Positions 40,816 to 54,538 of a stretch of 64,000 nucleotides of DNA are shown in pieces. The stretch is taken from positions 123,752,001 through 123,816,000 of the forward strand of contig NC_042997.1 of NCBI RefSeq assembly GCF_006345805.1. The letters run 5' to 3'. A model generated the notes under the pieces. That model was not told the origin of the DNA and did not search any database. It worked only from the letters and a program-made list of their open reading frames with translations. Numbering within the stretch: the stretch's first letter is position 1; the number at the start of each line of letters is the position of its first letter. Origin of the DNA: Octopus sinensis (taxonomy: Eukaryota). The translations under genes and the position numbers were made by a program.

Positions 40816-40999
40816 ATATATATATATATATACATATACACGACGGGCTTCTTTCAGTTTCCGTCTACCAAATCCACAAAGCTTTGGCCGGCTCGAGGCT
40901 ATAGTAGAAGACACTTGCCCAAAGTGCCACTCAGTGGGACTGAACTCGGAACGATGTGGTTGGTAAGCAAGCTACTTACCTCACAGCCACTCCTACGCC
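40558..40999 (-). mobile_element. tRNA-derived SINE, second copy, flanked by a ~48-bp direct repeat
   Basis: Same structure as 40005-40435; direct repeats at 40510-40557 and 41000-41047. Confidence 0.88.
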
Positions 41000-41839
41000 A
41001 TCGAAAAGTAGTATATAATATAATCTACAGTTTTCACCTACACAAACACAAAATTTTAAATTTCTATATAGTAAGCAAATAATATCCACAACGAGGCTCC
41101 CCTGGAGACAGATATGGTGACTAAAAGCATTTCCACCTTACTACATTCTATTGTGATCATTAAGCAATTTTCCACATTAATAATACTTTTTCATACGTAA
41201 GTAATAACCAGGAGCATCCCAATACAAATCGTTGCTAGATCCTAATTAATGATAGCCTACCGATAAACTAAAACTCAACACCTATTTACCCTTAAAATCT
41301 CCATTACTTAAAAGCTGACATACCACCAACAACTAATTATATAGCTTCAAATACTAAACTGAGCTCTGAAATTTAACCATCACAATCTCAACAATAAAGG
41401 TTAAATGCCCCATTAATACTCACATAAAATCAACAACGAAACCGAGTAACATACATCTAACTGCATTTTTTTTGTGATCACCTCTGTCCTGAAGATGACA
41501 CACGTAAATATACACGCCTGCTTACAAATTTCTGCATGCATGAATAAATTCTAAACATTCACACTATCCCAAATTTAGTCAATAAATATTCTCCATAACA
41601 CCTTGGCAACACTATCTACCATGTAACCTACTTATAATTAAAAAATATTTCAGCTTACTGTAGATACACACAGACTATATAAATCCAAAATGAACTCAAA
41701 TGAAACAGGACTAATGAAACAGGCTATATAAGACTAAAATGAACACAATCGAAACTTCGAAGCCGCTGTCAATATTATTTGCTAAAGAATAATAAATGTA
41801 TATCAACATACACACAACCGTGTGTGTATGTGTGTGTGT

Positions 41840-41879
<40 letters not shown>

Positions 41880-42070
41880 CAAAGAGGTAGCAAGCACTTA
41901 CGTATATAGACAAATGTGTAGAACTATAGTTAAGTATGTAGGTCGGTCGGTCGGTAGGGAGGTAGGTAGGTAGGTAGGGAGGTTGGTAGGTAGGTAGGTA
42001 GATAAGTTAGTAGGAGGGTAGGCAGACAAAAGAGAGACAAGAATAAATATAGAGATGTGACGGAGTAATA

Positions 42071-43318
42071 TATCAGATTGACTAAAAGTAAGCAACATTC
42101 TGAACCATGAAGAATTTGTACCGGATATTTGCAAAGTTTTGAACTTTTATACATTTTTTGGCAATTTTCTGATAATGCAGACAAAGACTTACCTAAATGC
42201 AATAATAAATTAACATTTATGACTTTTCATTGATGTTATAATCAACTGAGATGGAACTGTCAAAAAGCGATATTCGAGCAATTTTGCTATTCCACTGCAG
42301 AAAATGACGTAAAGGAGCTGAAACTAACGCGATATCAACGAGACGTTTGGTGACGAAATGCCCAATGAATGGTTAGCTCGAAAATGGTTTAAATGCTTTT
42401 GCAGTGGAGACCTGAGCCTTGAAGATCGTGAGCGAAGTGGACTGCCTCCTGTCATCGATGACGGTCAATTGAAGACCGTCATTGAGAAAGATCAACGTAA
42501 AATCGAGAGCTGGCAAAAGATCTTCAGGTTAGCCAGAAAACTCCTTGAAAACATTTGCATACGATTGGAAAAAGGGATAAGGAAAAGCAGAACATGTGCA
42601 GATATGAAATTTGCTCGTCGCTTCTTCTCCGTAAACAGACCGATCCATTTCTTGACCGTATTGTGACTTGCGATGAACAGTGGATTCTATACAATAATTT
42701 AAAAAAGCGTTATTCACAGAGGTTGGAACAAAATGAAGCACCAAAAACCTTCCATAAACACGAACGCTTCAAAAGGAAGATTAATTAATGTGGTAGTGTA
42801 CTGTTGGACTCATCCACTATAACTTCTTCAAACCCAGAAAAATCATTACTGCAGAAACATTGCCACGAAATTGCTAAAATGAACGGAAAACTGCTACTCC
42901 TCCGTCCCATAATGGTTAACAGAAGAGAGTCAATCAATTGTAATGGCAATGCTCGACCACACGTCTCACTAATGACGCTCCAGAAATTAAGGAAACTTGG
43001 CATCGAAGTTCTTCCCTACCCCACTTATTCGCCAGACCTTTCACCTACCGACTACAACTTTTTTTAATCACCTTGATGGTTTCCTGCAAGATAAGAGCTT
43101 AAAAATCGAACCGATGCTGAAAGTGCGTTTAAAGAGTTCCTGTGCTCCAGAACTCCAGATTTTTATGCTACCGGAATAAATAAATGTGTAACTAGTTGGC
43201 AAAAAATATGTTGATTGTAATGATACCTCCTTTGATGAATAAAATTTCCGCATTGTTGAAATATATTGTGTTGAATTTCATGTTTCAAAACGTTGCTTAC
43301 TTTTTACTCAGCCTGATA
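42071..43318 (+). mobile_element. Full-length decayed mariner element (~1.25 kb), transposase pseudogene 42251-43242
   Basis: ~40-bp imperfect TIRs (TATCAGATTGACTAAAAGTAAGCAAC / GTTGCTTACTTTTTACTCAGCCTGATA) with TA ends. WFKCF.SGD.SLED.ERSG, IVTCDEQW, NARPH, YSPDLSPTDY motifs with frameshifts and stops. Confidence 0.93.
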
Positions 43319-43439
43319 ATACCAAGTTTAATAACGTCTAGCATGATCTGTTGCAACATGCTGGGTTTATATTTTATAGCACTCTGATCAATGTAACTTG
43401 TAACGGAATGGGTGCATAAGCCAGTTAACACTGGCTTAT

Positions 43440-44420
43440 ATACCCCTTCCTTTCTGTAATTCCCTACCGAGCGTGTAACATAGATAACTTAGATAAGTCA
43501 TATTGGATTGGCCATCATCGGCCTAGGCTATGGAGAGGTCTTTTAAGTCCTGCTTCGGGATACCAGTGATCATTTGAGCAAAGAGTTGTTGTAGGCTGAG
43601 ACATATCCAGGTGTTGGTGATTTGTTTGATACTTCTTGGAGGAATCTGCCGTATTATTGTTTGAAAGTTTTGAGCTTCTATTTGATTTATTTCAGGTTAG
43701 CCTTTTGATAAATCGGGCCCACTTGAGGTTAAAATGCTGTGTCATAACGCTTTTATATGCTGTGAACTTGATTTTTGTAGTTTCGATACCAGCATTGTTT
43801 GGATAATATTAGTGGAATATTTTCCACATCACACATATATTACAGCGCTCACAGTGGTGTAGGAGAGACTAGATTTTCAACGTTTTGAGGTGAGCCCAAT
43901 ATTCAAGGCCTGTCATGCAAATCATTCTTTATGACATTGGTGTAGACTTCAATCCTCATTACATTTTTAATTATGTGATGGGGGACACAATATGCAGTAG
44001 TATTCGAAGTGAGACCTTGCAAACTTGGAGAGGAAAAGGATGATGCTTTTTATTATCTCTTGACCGAATAGTTATGACGATTCTTGAGCACATTTTGCGT
44101 GTCATATCGACAGTTTTGTTGATGTGTGCGCCCCAGTTAAGGTTGTTGTCGACACCTACGTCTCAGTATCTTATATTATTCGACGATACAACTAAGATGT
44201 CCGATGATACTTAATATGGTGGTTGCTGGTGTATGTCATCTTTTCCAAAGCAGATGTGTTCAAATTTTATCTCGTTCAGCTGCATACATTTTTGCGCCAA
44301 CTTGATCACTGCATATAGATTTGATTGAATTTTCATTCGATCATGTACGCCCTTGATGACTTTTGGAAGCTTAGCGTCAACAACAAAGACTTTTATGACG
44401 CTACGTATGGTGAAATCTGC
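43440..44420 (-). mobile_element. Degraded CR1/L2-group LINE 3' fragment
   Basis: Minus strand DVGVDNNLNWGAHINK..RSRD..RSHFEYYC..PP resembles the CR1-group RT C-terminus; boundaries approximate. Confidence 0.6.
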
Positions 44421-46258
44421 AATATCATTCTAATCTTTTACATAAAAACACCAACAACGATAAAAATATACATACTCCATATTACATACAAGGATAATAT
44501 CACTAAACATTTGTAGATAACACTGTAACAAGATTCAATTTGAACGATCACTACACGACATAGTAAATTTGTGATTTATATCTTCTGATATTCGGATTAA
44601 ACCCACAGAAAAATGTTTAATAGTTAGTTCTTTTGATGTAAGAAAAGCATTTTAAAGCATTTTTATGTATTTAAAATATCTATTTACTTTTTCAAATGGA
44701 GAACATTTAAGAGAATTACTCAGTAGCGTAAATAGATTTGAAATCCCATATACATCCAACTCCTGCTTGAAATATACGTTTCTATGTATATTTTATTCTT
44801 TCTAAGGTTAACCACATCCAAAACAGTTCATTTAACATTGTACGTATTCCCGTGATCAAGATAAGAGAAATTTACCTGTTTACCTTAGACCTACTGTTAT
44901 ATCGTAATGTCAAAGAAACACTCCGAAGCTGTATTACAAGATCTAAGCAAAATTGATCTATTCAATTAAGTGGGTTTAGTAATACGTGCGAATGTCATTC
45001 TAAAGAAAACTCAAATTGAGTTTGTGCTTCTTTTGCAAAAATACTTTGTGTAGTGAATCATTTTGAATACAAGACAGATAAGTTGATATATTTATGCCAT
45101 AATATTGATAGTAGGGAATTTGGATATTCAGTATGGGAAAACAAGCTTAAGGTCCATCTATGTGATTTGATTTTATTACTGTCAGAAAACCTAAATTTTC
45201 AATTTCATCGCCTAAACCTCATATTCTAACAATACATTGTAGTCGTACTCTCAACATGTCTACTGCTGTGTAACATTTCATATACACATCTAAGTTATAT
45301 TTATCTCATGGATGTAAATATTCCCTTCGTGTTAAGAGGTCTAGCAATGTATATTTGAGCCACCGGATGAAAAATGCTATAAATTCGCAACATATTTAAA
45401 ACGTGACGTGTCCTTTTGTGAGTTGGAAAGGATATAACTGAATTAAAAGGAGGAAATGTCATAATAATGCTACACATGTTTCCTTAAGTAGGGATTTTGT
45501 TCGCAGTTTTGTAGTTTATATTTATATTCTGACATTTCCCGGAAATAATTTACCGAAGTTTAATTAAAAAAGACCACATATGTTGTTCGCGGTTAATATC
45601 AAAGACGAAAATTGACACCATGAAGTAGAATTAAAACCATTTCTTTCTCTTTTATAGGAATATATCATGCTGTAAAACAATTACCATTACTAATACGAAG
45701 ATGATGATGAAAACGTATATATTTCAAGTTCATGTCATTTGACTTTGTTACAGTCACTTCTCAATAATTTACAGCTAGACTTCAAAACTTTTTTTAGATT
45801 AGAATAGGAACAATGAAAGGATTATTTTGCTGTAATCACTATTAGATTGCTATAGATGTGTCCATGCATAACAACTTAGAATATATAGATCACATTCTGT
45901 TATAGGATGAAAATATCTAAAGGCATGAATCACAAAGTGGGCAATAGAAACAGTCAATAGCGATTATTTAAGACTTCGATCGAAATAAAAATCCTATCTG
46001 GTGTTGATAATTTTGAAAAGTGAATCGCGTGCCCCAGCTGTTCAACAAATAAAGACGATTATTCAAGCACTGTGATGTTACCAACATAAGACAAAAAAAA
46101 AATTGAAAGGGTGGCTATTGTCTTCTTAATGACCACAACCACTGAAAAGAAACCCAAATGTTTATTCAATGCGTCTTATTTCTTTCTGGACGCTCTACAA
46201 ATATAACGTTAACGATATGAGATGACGCGGCATTAATATTAATGATGATGCTACTAAT

Positions 46259-46290
<32 letters not shown>

Positions 46291-46983
46291 TAATTATACA
46301 TATATGTACACATAAATATATGTGTACATGTTATTTCGTATAGCAAACCTAGTTCATCACGAATGTGCGCATTTGGAAAAACGACGATCTTGTGTCTACC
46401 AAATCTACTCACCAGGCTTTTTTCGGTCCGAGAATTTAGTAGAAAAAATCCACGTTGTTACGCAGTGAGACTAAAACCGGAATTGTACGATTCGGGTTCA
46501 AACTTCTTACTACACACCCGCGCATCTGTGTATAGATTTTGATTTATTTCTCTTTAATAACAGACTAATATCTGAAATATTAGATTTTCCTTCCTTACCA
46601 CGTATCATCACATAGCTACTTAACATTTATCTCCGACGTTTACGAGAGCATTCTACTGACGGTAAACACAAATTTCTTTGAGTTACGGAAATTATACATC
46701 AATAGCGACTTAAGCAACATTCGTTGCTTATACACTGACTTTAATCAAATAATAGCAAAGAGGTATCAGAGATTTTCAGAAGTTCACGCCTATATTATAC
46801 GAGTGTGAGTGAAGGCATATAATTACAAATAGGTATCTACATATACACACATCATATATATCTGCTCTTTTATATATTCATACACGTTTGCGAGTATATG
46901 TGAGTGTGTGTGTCTTTCTAGTTCAAATTCACAGAAAACGAAAGACAAAGACAGGTGATGGAACAAGCATATGTATTATTTTA

Positions 46984-47023
<40 letters not shown>

Positions 47024-47029
<6 letters not shown>

Positions 47030-47689
47030 ATTTTTGTATTTTTATACGTGCTACATCACCTGTTTTTCCGTTCTTGTTTTCGTATACATTCGATGCTTTT
47101 TTCCAAGGAATCTAATGGTCTTAGTTTAGTTTTTTTCTTGGGGCTGGCTATATTGGAGCAATCTGAAGGTTATCAGCCGAAATTGCGAGGATGATCCGGT
47201 TATTGACTAAGGATAAACAGCCTCGAATGACCCGTCCTTGTTTTTCTTTTGTATCGTCTATCTGGAGGTTTTGTTGTCCCTTTTTGTATCACCTAGTTGT
47301 ACGGATGTTTTGCGTTCTTGTCCCAATTTGTATTATATATATATATATATATATAATATATATATATAGATATATATATATATATTGTATTTTTGTATTT
47401 TTATACGTGCTACATCACCTGTTTTTCCGTTCTTGTTTTCGTATACATTCGATGCTTTTTTCCAAGGAATCTAATGGTCTTAGTTTAGTTTTTTTCTTGG
47501 GGCTGGCTATATTGGAGCAATCTGAAGGTTATCAGCCGAAATTGCGAGGATGATCCGGTTATTGACTAAGGATAAACAGCCTCGAATGACCCGTCCTTGT
47601 TTTTCTTTTGTATCGTCTATCTGGAGGTTTTGTTGTCCCTTTTTGTATCACCTAGTTGTACGGATGTTTTGCGTTCTTGTCCCAATTTG

Positions 47690-47694
<5 letters not shown>
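47024..47694 (+). repeat. Direct tandem duplication, period 359 bp
   Basis: ~312-bp cores at 47024-47335 and 47383-47694 appear identical and are separated by (TA)n; the ORF track repeats the same translation. Confidence 0.92.
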
Positions 47695-47730
<36 letters not shown>

Positions 47731-47732
<2 letters not shown>

Positions 47733-47892
47733 CGCAGGAGTAGCTGTGTGGTAAGTAGCTTGTTTACCAACCACATGGTTTCGGGTTCAGTCCCACTGCG
47801 TGGCACCTTGGGCAAGTGTCTTCTACTATAGCCTCGGGCCGACCAAAGCCTTCTGAGTGGATTTGGTAGACGGAAACTGGAAGAAGCCAGTC

Positions 47893-47897
<5 letters not shown>
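47731..47897 (+). mobile_element. tRNA-derived SINE head and body (same family)
   Basis: GGCGCAGGAGTAGCTGTGTGG..GGGTTCAGTCCC; followed by microsatellite. Confidence 0.85.
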
Positions 47898-47936
<39 letters not shown>

Positions 47937-48479
47937 GTGTGAGTGTGTGTGTGTGTGCGTGTGTGCGCGTGTGTGTGTGTATGCATATATGTATATACAT
48001 AAATACACGCATACATATACGCATATATACACACACACATACATACATACATACATACATACATACATACATACATACATACATACATACATACATACAT
48101 ACAATACCATACAAAGATATTCTTGAGTGACAGTTGGAAATAGACGTTTGAGAGTAAAGAATTTCAGATGATATGTTTTTAGGCAATAGCTATTACTAAA
48201 TGCAAAAAAAAAAAAACTAAGTGGAAAAGAATAATCGTATCGATCGGGGAAAGCTTAAAAAGTATGCAAAAATGTACATGTAGTTATAGAGAGAATAAGG
48301 ATTGCATTGACCTCTTAAATTGTCATGGGATAATGAATATTTTAATGGAATGTGTAAGATCAGAAAACAGTACAAGAAATACATGTTGTTTGTTCCATAC
48401 TAAGGGATAAATAAATCATATTTAATTATACTATGCAGCACACATAGACGCACACCAGCATGTACAAACACAGACACAT

Positions 48480-48509
48480 ACATATATACATACATACATA
48501 TATATATGT

Positions 48510-48562
<53 letters not shown>

Positions 48563-48687
48563 ATATATATATATATATGTATGTATGTGTATATATAATA
48601 TATATGTATGTGTATATATTATATATATGTATGTATGTATATATATATATTATATATATATATATTATATTATATATATATATATAT

Positions 48688-48764
<77 letters not shown>

Positions 48765-48767
48765 TAT

Positions 48768-48844
<77 letters not shown>

Positions 48845-48850
48845 TATATA
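48480..48850. repeat. Long (TA)n/(TATG)n compound microsatellite
   Basis: Direct inspection; similar tracts at 3205-3620, 24190-24480, 56940-57305, 58780-58900 and many shorter ones. Confidence 0.95.
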
Positions 48851-49143
48851 TATAACATAAGGGGGATCAGCCATCTGAATGTGGCTAGGGTAAGGGCGGG
48901 GTGGTGGGGGTGTTACTGATGCATTTACCCCAGGCGAACATCAACGTCACCAGAAGAGCTGACACCATCTCTGTCCTTGCCAGCCTGCAAAGGGAGCCCT
49001 TTGCAGGCTGGCAAGGACACCGAGATGGTGTCAGCTCTTCTGGTGACGTTGATGTTCGCCTGGGGCTAAATGCATCAGTAACACCAACACCACCCCGCCC
49101 TGACCCTAGCCACATTCAGATGGCTGATCCCCCTTATGTTATA
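48851..49143. repeat. 293-bp near-perfect palindrome (fold-back/MITE-like)
   Basis: 144- and 147-bp arms around a 2-nt centre AG at 48995-48996; TA at both ends. Confidence 0.93.
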
Positions 49144-49227
49144 GAGCAGTTACTGTTTATATCTCGCTCACAGATTTATTATTGTTATATATATATATAT
49201 ATTCATATATATATATATATTTATATA

Positions 49228-49417
49228 TCACGTGATCACGTGACCGACTGGCTAAGCGAGCAGGCCAACAGAAGAAAGAGTGGGAGAAAGAGTGGTGAAA
49301 GAGTACAGCAGGGATCACCACCCCCTGCCGGAGCCTCGTAGAGCTTTAAGGTGTTTTCGCTCAATAACACTCACAATGCCCGGTCTGGAATCGAAACCGC
49401 CCAACACTAGGCCATTG
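49228..49417 (-). mobile_element. Probable tRNA-derived SINE fragment (third type)
   Basis: Minus-strand B-box-like GGTTTCGATTCC near its 5' end; bounded by microsatellites. Confidence 0.55.
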
Positions 49418-49422
49418 CGCCT

Positions 49423-49498
<76 letters not shown>

Positions 49499-50810
49499 TA
49501 TATGTTTGTATATATGTGTTATATATATATATACACACATATTATATACATATATATAATACATATATACATTTTCATATATATACATATATATATATAT
49601 GTATGTATATTCATAAACATCGGTGCCCCAGCAAGGCCAGCCCCAGCAAGGCCAGGGCTAAAGTACATAACAAAATAACAATATAGATAGATACGCAGGC
49701 AAACACAGACAGACAGACTGACAGACAGACAGATAGACAAATAGATACATGTATGCATCCATTCATATGCTTGCTTGGGCGTGTATATATAAATATATGT
49801 GCGTGTGAGTGTGTGCGTGTCTGTGTGTGTGTGTGCGCGTGAGCATTTATATATGTATATATTTCATGTCACTATGCCTGTCAGAATTTACGACTGCATA
49901 TAAATATGTCTAAACAAATAGCATACTTATTATCAATAGAATCTCGAAAAGATTTGTTTAAAAAAAATATTATATTGCAGCATTCTTCCCCGGAGATACA
50001 TCATGTCGATATAACAGCTAAACTATTTACATTTCTGTTTCTCAGGGTATTTTTTGAATTCACTGCTGCGAAATATTTTCTTAGTTAATGTCCTCGATAT
50101 ATCCTCTGTAATATCACATCCTTTAAATTTTGATATCAGTACACGAACAAATTTCCGCTCACGCTAGGTGGTGGTGCTATGATGCGAGCAAATTTATACG
50201 CTATAGTGTTTCTTCATCTACTGGCTTCGAGAGAGAGTTTCTGAGAACATAACAAATAAAATATTGTATTTTCAATTTTCTTGTATGTATGATGTGTTAC
50301 CTAATATTCGTGTAAACTGTGTTTCAAGTGTATTGTTATAAGTTCAGTGTACTGCCTAGTGGAAAAAAATAAGCTTGGCTCTCGCCGCTTTGTATTGAAG
50401 ATTATTTTATATAAGTTGTGAATTTACATAGTCCGTGTATTATACATCGGTTTTGTAATGATACTTACCACGTCTCAGTACTGAAGAAACCTATGATAAC
50501 TATTGTTGAGATAAGACAACGAGGCTCATATTGTGCTGGAAGTGCTTTCATACATCTAGTAATGTAAGGTTTGATTTCGTTAGAAATTGTTTAACAATCC
50601 TTGCAGGTCCTGCGAGTGAGTACTGAATTCGTCGTTGTAAAAAGGACCTCATTTTAATGTTTGTTTGTGGGTGTGATCATATCCCCGCTAATATACAGCT
50701 GAGGAATAGCATGACGCAATTATTACCGAAAATACTATTATATATGAACATCAGTAGAAATAGTACAGGATTTTGAGCAATACGTGCACGGGTATATAGA
50801 AGAACGTGCA

Positions 50811-50847
<37 letters not shown>

Positions 50848-51826
50848 GTGGTTACCACTATTGAAAAGACTGCCTCCACGCGCTGCTACTACACTTTCGT
50901 CCTTGCCAGCAAAAAGGCTTCTTCGTTCGTCCCCTTGTGTGGTTAATTTCCTGTATAGTATTCTTGTTATTTTCTCGTTTGTAACTAATTGTACTTTTTG
51001 TACATGTATTTTATTTTTGCAGTTTTATTGTTTGTCTATGCCAGAAAAAGGCTTTTCGTTCGTCCTCTTGTGTTTGTTTTGTACATGTATTTTAATTTTG
51101 CAGTCTTATTGTTACGTCTTGTTTGTGTTCGTACTCATTGTGCCCCGCTGCTTGAAATTTTATTTTATTCTCTCGCAGGAAGGCCTATTGGATTAGTGTT
51201 CTGTTATGCCTTCGAAACATGCCTGACTCCTCTAGCGACAGCTGATGACGGGGGTTTTGTCCTTGTGTAACCTGTCCTGTATTTGGTTTTCGTTTTCCGT
51301 TTTCTTGTTTTTTGTTTTTTGGCTTTTTCTGTTTCTACGTCTTATTGTGATGTCCTGTACTTCCGTATAATTATTTATATATGCATGTATATATACATGT
51401 AGATGTAGGTACGTACATATATGTTTGTATGTATGCATATATTTTTATTTATCTCCTATATATATATATATATATATACGAAAAGTGCTTCCAGCTGTTC
51501 AACTTCTTGCCTTTGTTTTCGTAATTTGCCTTGTACCAGCGTCCTGATTTGCAAATTTGGTGTAAAATGTATCCTTGTAGTTATATGTGCATTAGGAACT
51601 ATGCGTTAAAATTTGAAAAGATATAGAAAATAGGCAGAAAACCTAATTCGGGGTACCTCCAGAAAACAGTAATCTTAGGGATAGCAAAGATATTTAGGAA
51701 GTTTCTTGATATCTAAGTTTACTAATACACAAGCATTTTTTTCAAAAATGTGCCATCAGTTATGCGTATCTGAAGTAATGATAATAATAACAATAATAAT
51801 ATTGATGATGATGATGATGATGATGC

Positions 51827-51887
<61 letters not shown>

Positions 51888-51986
51888 GGTGGTGATGATG
51901 GTGGTAGTGGTGGTGGTGGTGATGGTGGTGGTGATGATGATGATGGTGATGGTGGTGGTGATGATGATGATGATGATAATAATAGT

Positions 51987-52450
51987 AAGACTCATTAAAA
52001 GCAAAGCCATCCCAATTGGAAGAGGAATATACCAGGGAAACACACTCTCTTCGCTCCATTTCTGCTTGGCATTGACATCTTTATCAGACATGCCAAACAG
52101 AACTGGATGCGGGTACAGCTGTTACGGCAAATCAATCAGCCACCCCTTTATATATGGATAACCTTAAACTGTACACTAGAAATAATAAACAGCTGGAAAA
52201 CTTATTACAGACAATACGTACATTTACCAAAAAAATAAATATGAAATTTGGCTTAGAAAAATGTGCCAAAGCAACTTTGAAAAGAGGAAAACTAGTTAAG
52301 AGTAGCAACATCACACTAGATAAAGCCAATGAATTAGACCAAAGCCAGTCATGCAAATATTTAAGATTTCAATGAACTAGATACGATACAACACACAAAT
52401 GAAAGAGAAAACAAAAAACGAATACTATAGACGAATTAGATTAATACTGC
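51987..52450 (+). mobile_element. R4/Dong RT fragment
   Basis: GRGIYQGNTLSSLHFCLAL, MDNLKLY, MKFGLEKCAKA; begins at the end of a (GAT/GGT/AAT)n tract. Confidence 0.85.
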
Positions 52451-52687
52451 AAACAGAGCGGGATGGGTTACTCGACCAGAAGAAAATTCTAACTGGGCCC
52501 CACCTGCAAGTTCATGTGCTGTTTATCTTCATATGAGAACACCATCTCGCGCACATATGGTTGTGAGGTATGTGCCTAGTGTACTCTTATCAGACGGGTA
52601 GTCATGACGGGTATACTGGGCGTCGTATATTTTACCCCAGTGTCACTTTGATGGCATGCACTGCTCTCTCAATAATTATCATCTTCA

Positions 52688-52742
<55 letters not shown>

Positions 52743-52779
52743 CATCATCATTAATAATGATAATAATAACTATAATAAC

Positions 52780-52817
<38 letters not shown>

Positions 52818-52859
52818 TAGTAATGATAATAATTATTATTACAATAATAATGATAATAT

Positions 52860-53620
52860 GAACCCAAGCTACATGGAGTAGTGGAGTAGGAGACCGGTAT
52901 GAACGCAATTACCAATCCAAACAAATCAGGTACTAGAGCATAACAGACCGGACCTAGTGGTGGTGGACAAGGCGCATCACATATGCTATACAGTTGATTT
53001 TGCATGCCCCCTTGCCTCACGAATAGTCAAGAAGGAATGCGAAAAGATAGAGAAATACATCCTTCTTAAGTACGAGATAGCCCGGTTATTGAAAATGAAG
53101 AAGGTGAAGACAGTGCCAATTATTGTTGGGGCCTTGGGAACGTTATGGGAATGTATCAACAGAAATATAAAGTAAATTCGAATAGAGTGCCAAGTAGAAC
53201 TGTTACAAAGGCTTGCCTCTTTGGTACGGCCAGAATAATCAGGAAAGTATTCGATAGCTGAAAAGAATGAGTAGCATTGTATTGTAGGCTGCAGGTAGCA
53301 AACCCGCTACGCATGCAAGTCTCCAAGAGTTCCGACAAAAGCTGTAATACAGAGAAATACTTATATTAACGGTTGTAATGATACAAGAAGAAAAAAGAAA
53401 GGAATACAATATCTTAAAATTTGAAATTACAAGAATTTGGAGCAAGAAATCTGTAGAGGTTGTGCTTACAATAATTGATGCATTGGGATCTCTAAGTAAA
53501 GATATGGTCAAATGGTCGAAAGAGATTTGAATAGAACGTCCGTTTGAGCTTCTAGAGAAGGTTTGCCTCTTAAGGTCAGGAAAGATTATCAAGAGGGTTT
53601 TAAGCACTTGAAATACTATT
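52860..53620 (+). mobile_element. Two adjacent R4/Dong RLE 3' fragments
   Basis: EHNRPDLVVVDK..VDFACP..EKIEKY..VPIIVGALG, then a second diverged LKFEITRIW..IIDALGS; starts after (AAT)n. Confidence 0.75.
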
Positions 53621-54307
53621 GAAAGGTTACAGTAGCAACCTGCTACACACATAAATTCTACCAGGGATAAGAACAAATCTGAGTGAAATCAACAATAATA
53701 AAATGCATATATACACCACAAAAGTTCATGCATGGACACGCGCACCTATACTTTTATGCTTGTTGTATTGCTGCATGTTAGTTTCATTCATAAATGTTTG
53801 TTTCATTCATAAATATGTATTCCGTTCATGAACGTATATGACTTCCGCACACTCTTTCTCCAGCGTGAATAAATCAGTATTGATGAAATTGTCACTATGT
53901 TTCAATATCTAACAGTTTACTCTCTGGCGTCTCCATTGTTAAAAAAACGCATCCGACTATCATAGAAACAAAGAGCTGCTTGGCATATGAGATGTGAAAT
54001 ATTAAATACCCATTGAGTACTCGCTGAAAGAAATACGCTGTTCTTTATATATTCACACATCATGAGATGTCTATGTACAAATACATACGTTTTTTTCGGT
54101 GTATTATTAGTTATATATGAATGCTTGTATGAAAATGTATATAAGTATGTATGTAATTTTGTATGTTGGTATATGTGTGTATTTGCGTGTATGTGTGTGT
54201 CTGCATAACGAGAAAGACTGAGTGAGACATTTACGTATATCGACATACCGGTAACTATGTGCGGTTTTCCTTGACACACAGGGAGAATTATATCTACAAA
54301 ATATCAG

Positions 54308-54538
54308 GGCGGCGAGCTGGCAGAAACGTTAGCGCGCCGGGCGAAATGCTTAGCGGTATTTCGTCTGTCGTTACGTTCTGAGTTCAAATTCCGCCGAGGT
54401 CGACTTTGCCTTTCATCCTCTCGGGGTCGATAAATAAAGTACCAGTTTCGCAATGGGGTCGATGTAATCGTCTTAATCCATTTGTCTGTCCTTGTTTGTC
54501 CCCTCTATGTTTAGCCCCTTGTGGGTAGTAAATAAATA
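54308..54538 (+). mobile_element. Second tRNA-derived SINE family (GGCGGCGAGCTGGCAG head)
   Basis: A-box-like AGCTGGCAG, B-box-like GAGTTCAAATTC; related copies at 60725-60908, 62680-62820, 63120-63262 and ~57950-58090. Confidence 0.85.

Noticed and set aside
47160-47195. CTGAAGG..GCC-GAAA-TTGC hammerhead-like string
   Set aside because: Core too short and helix I absent; cannot be distinguished from chance or deep decay.
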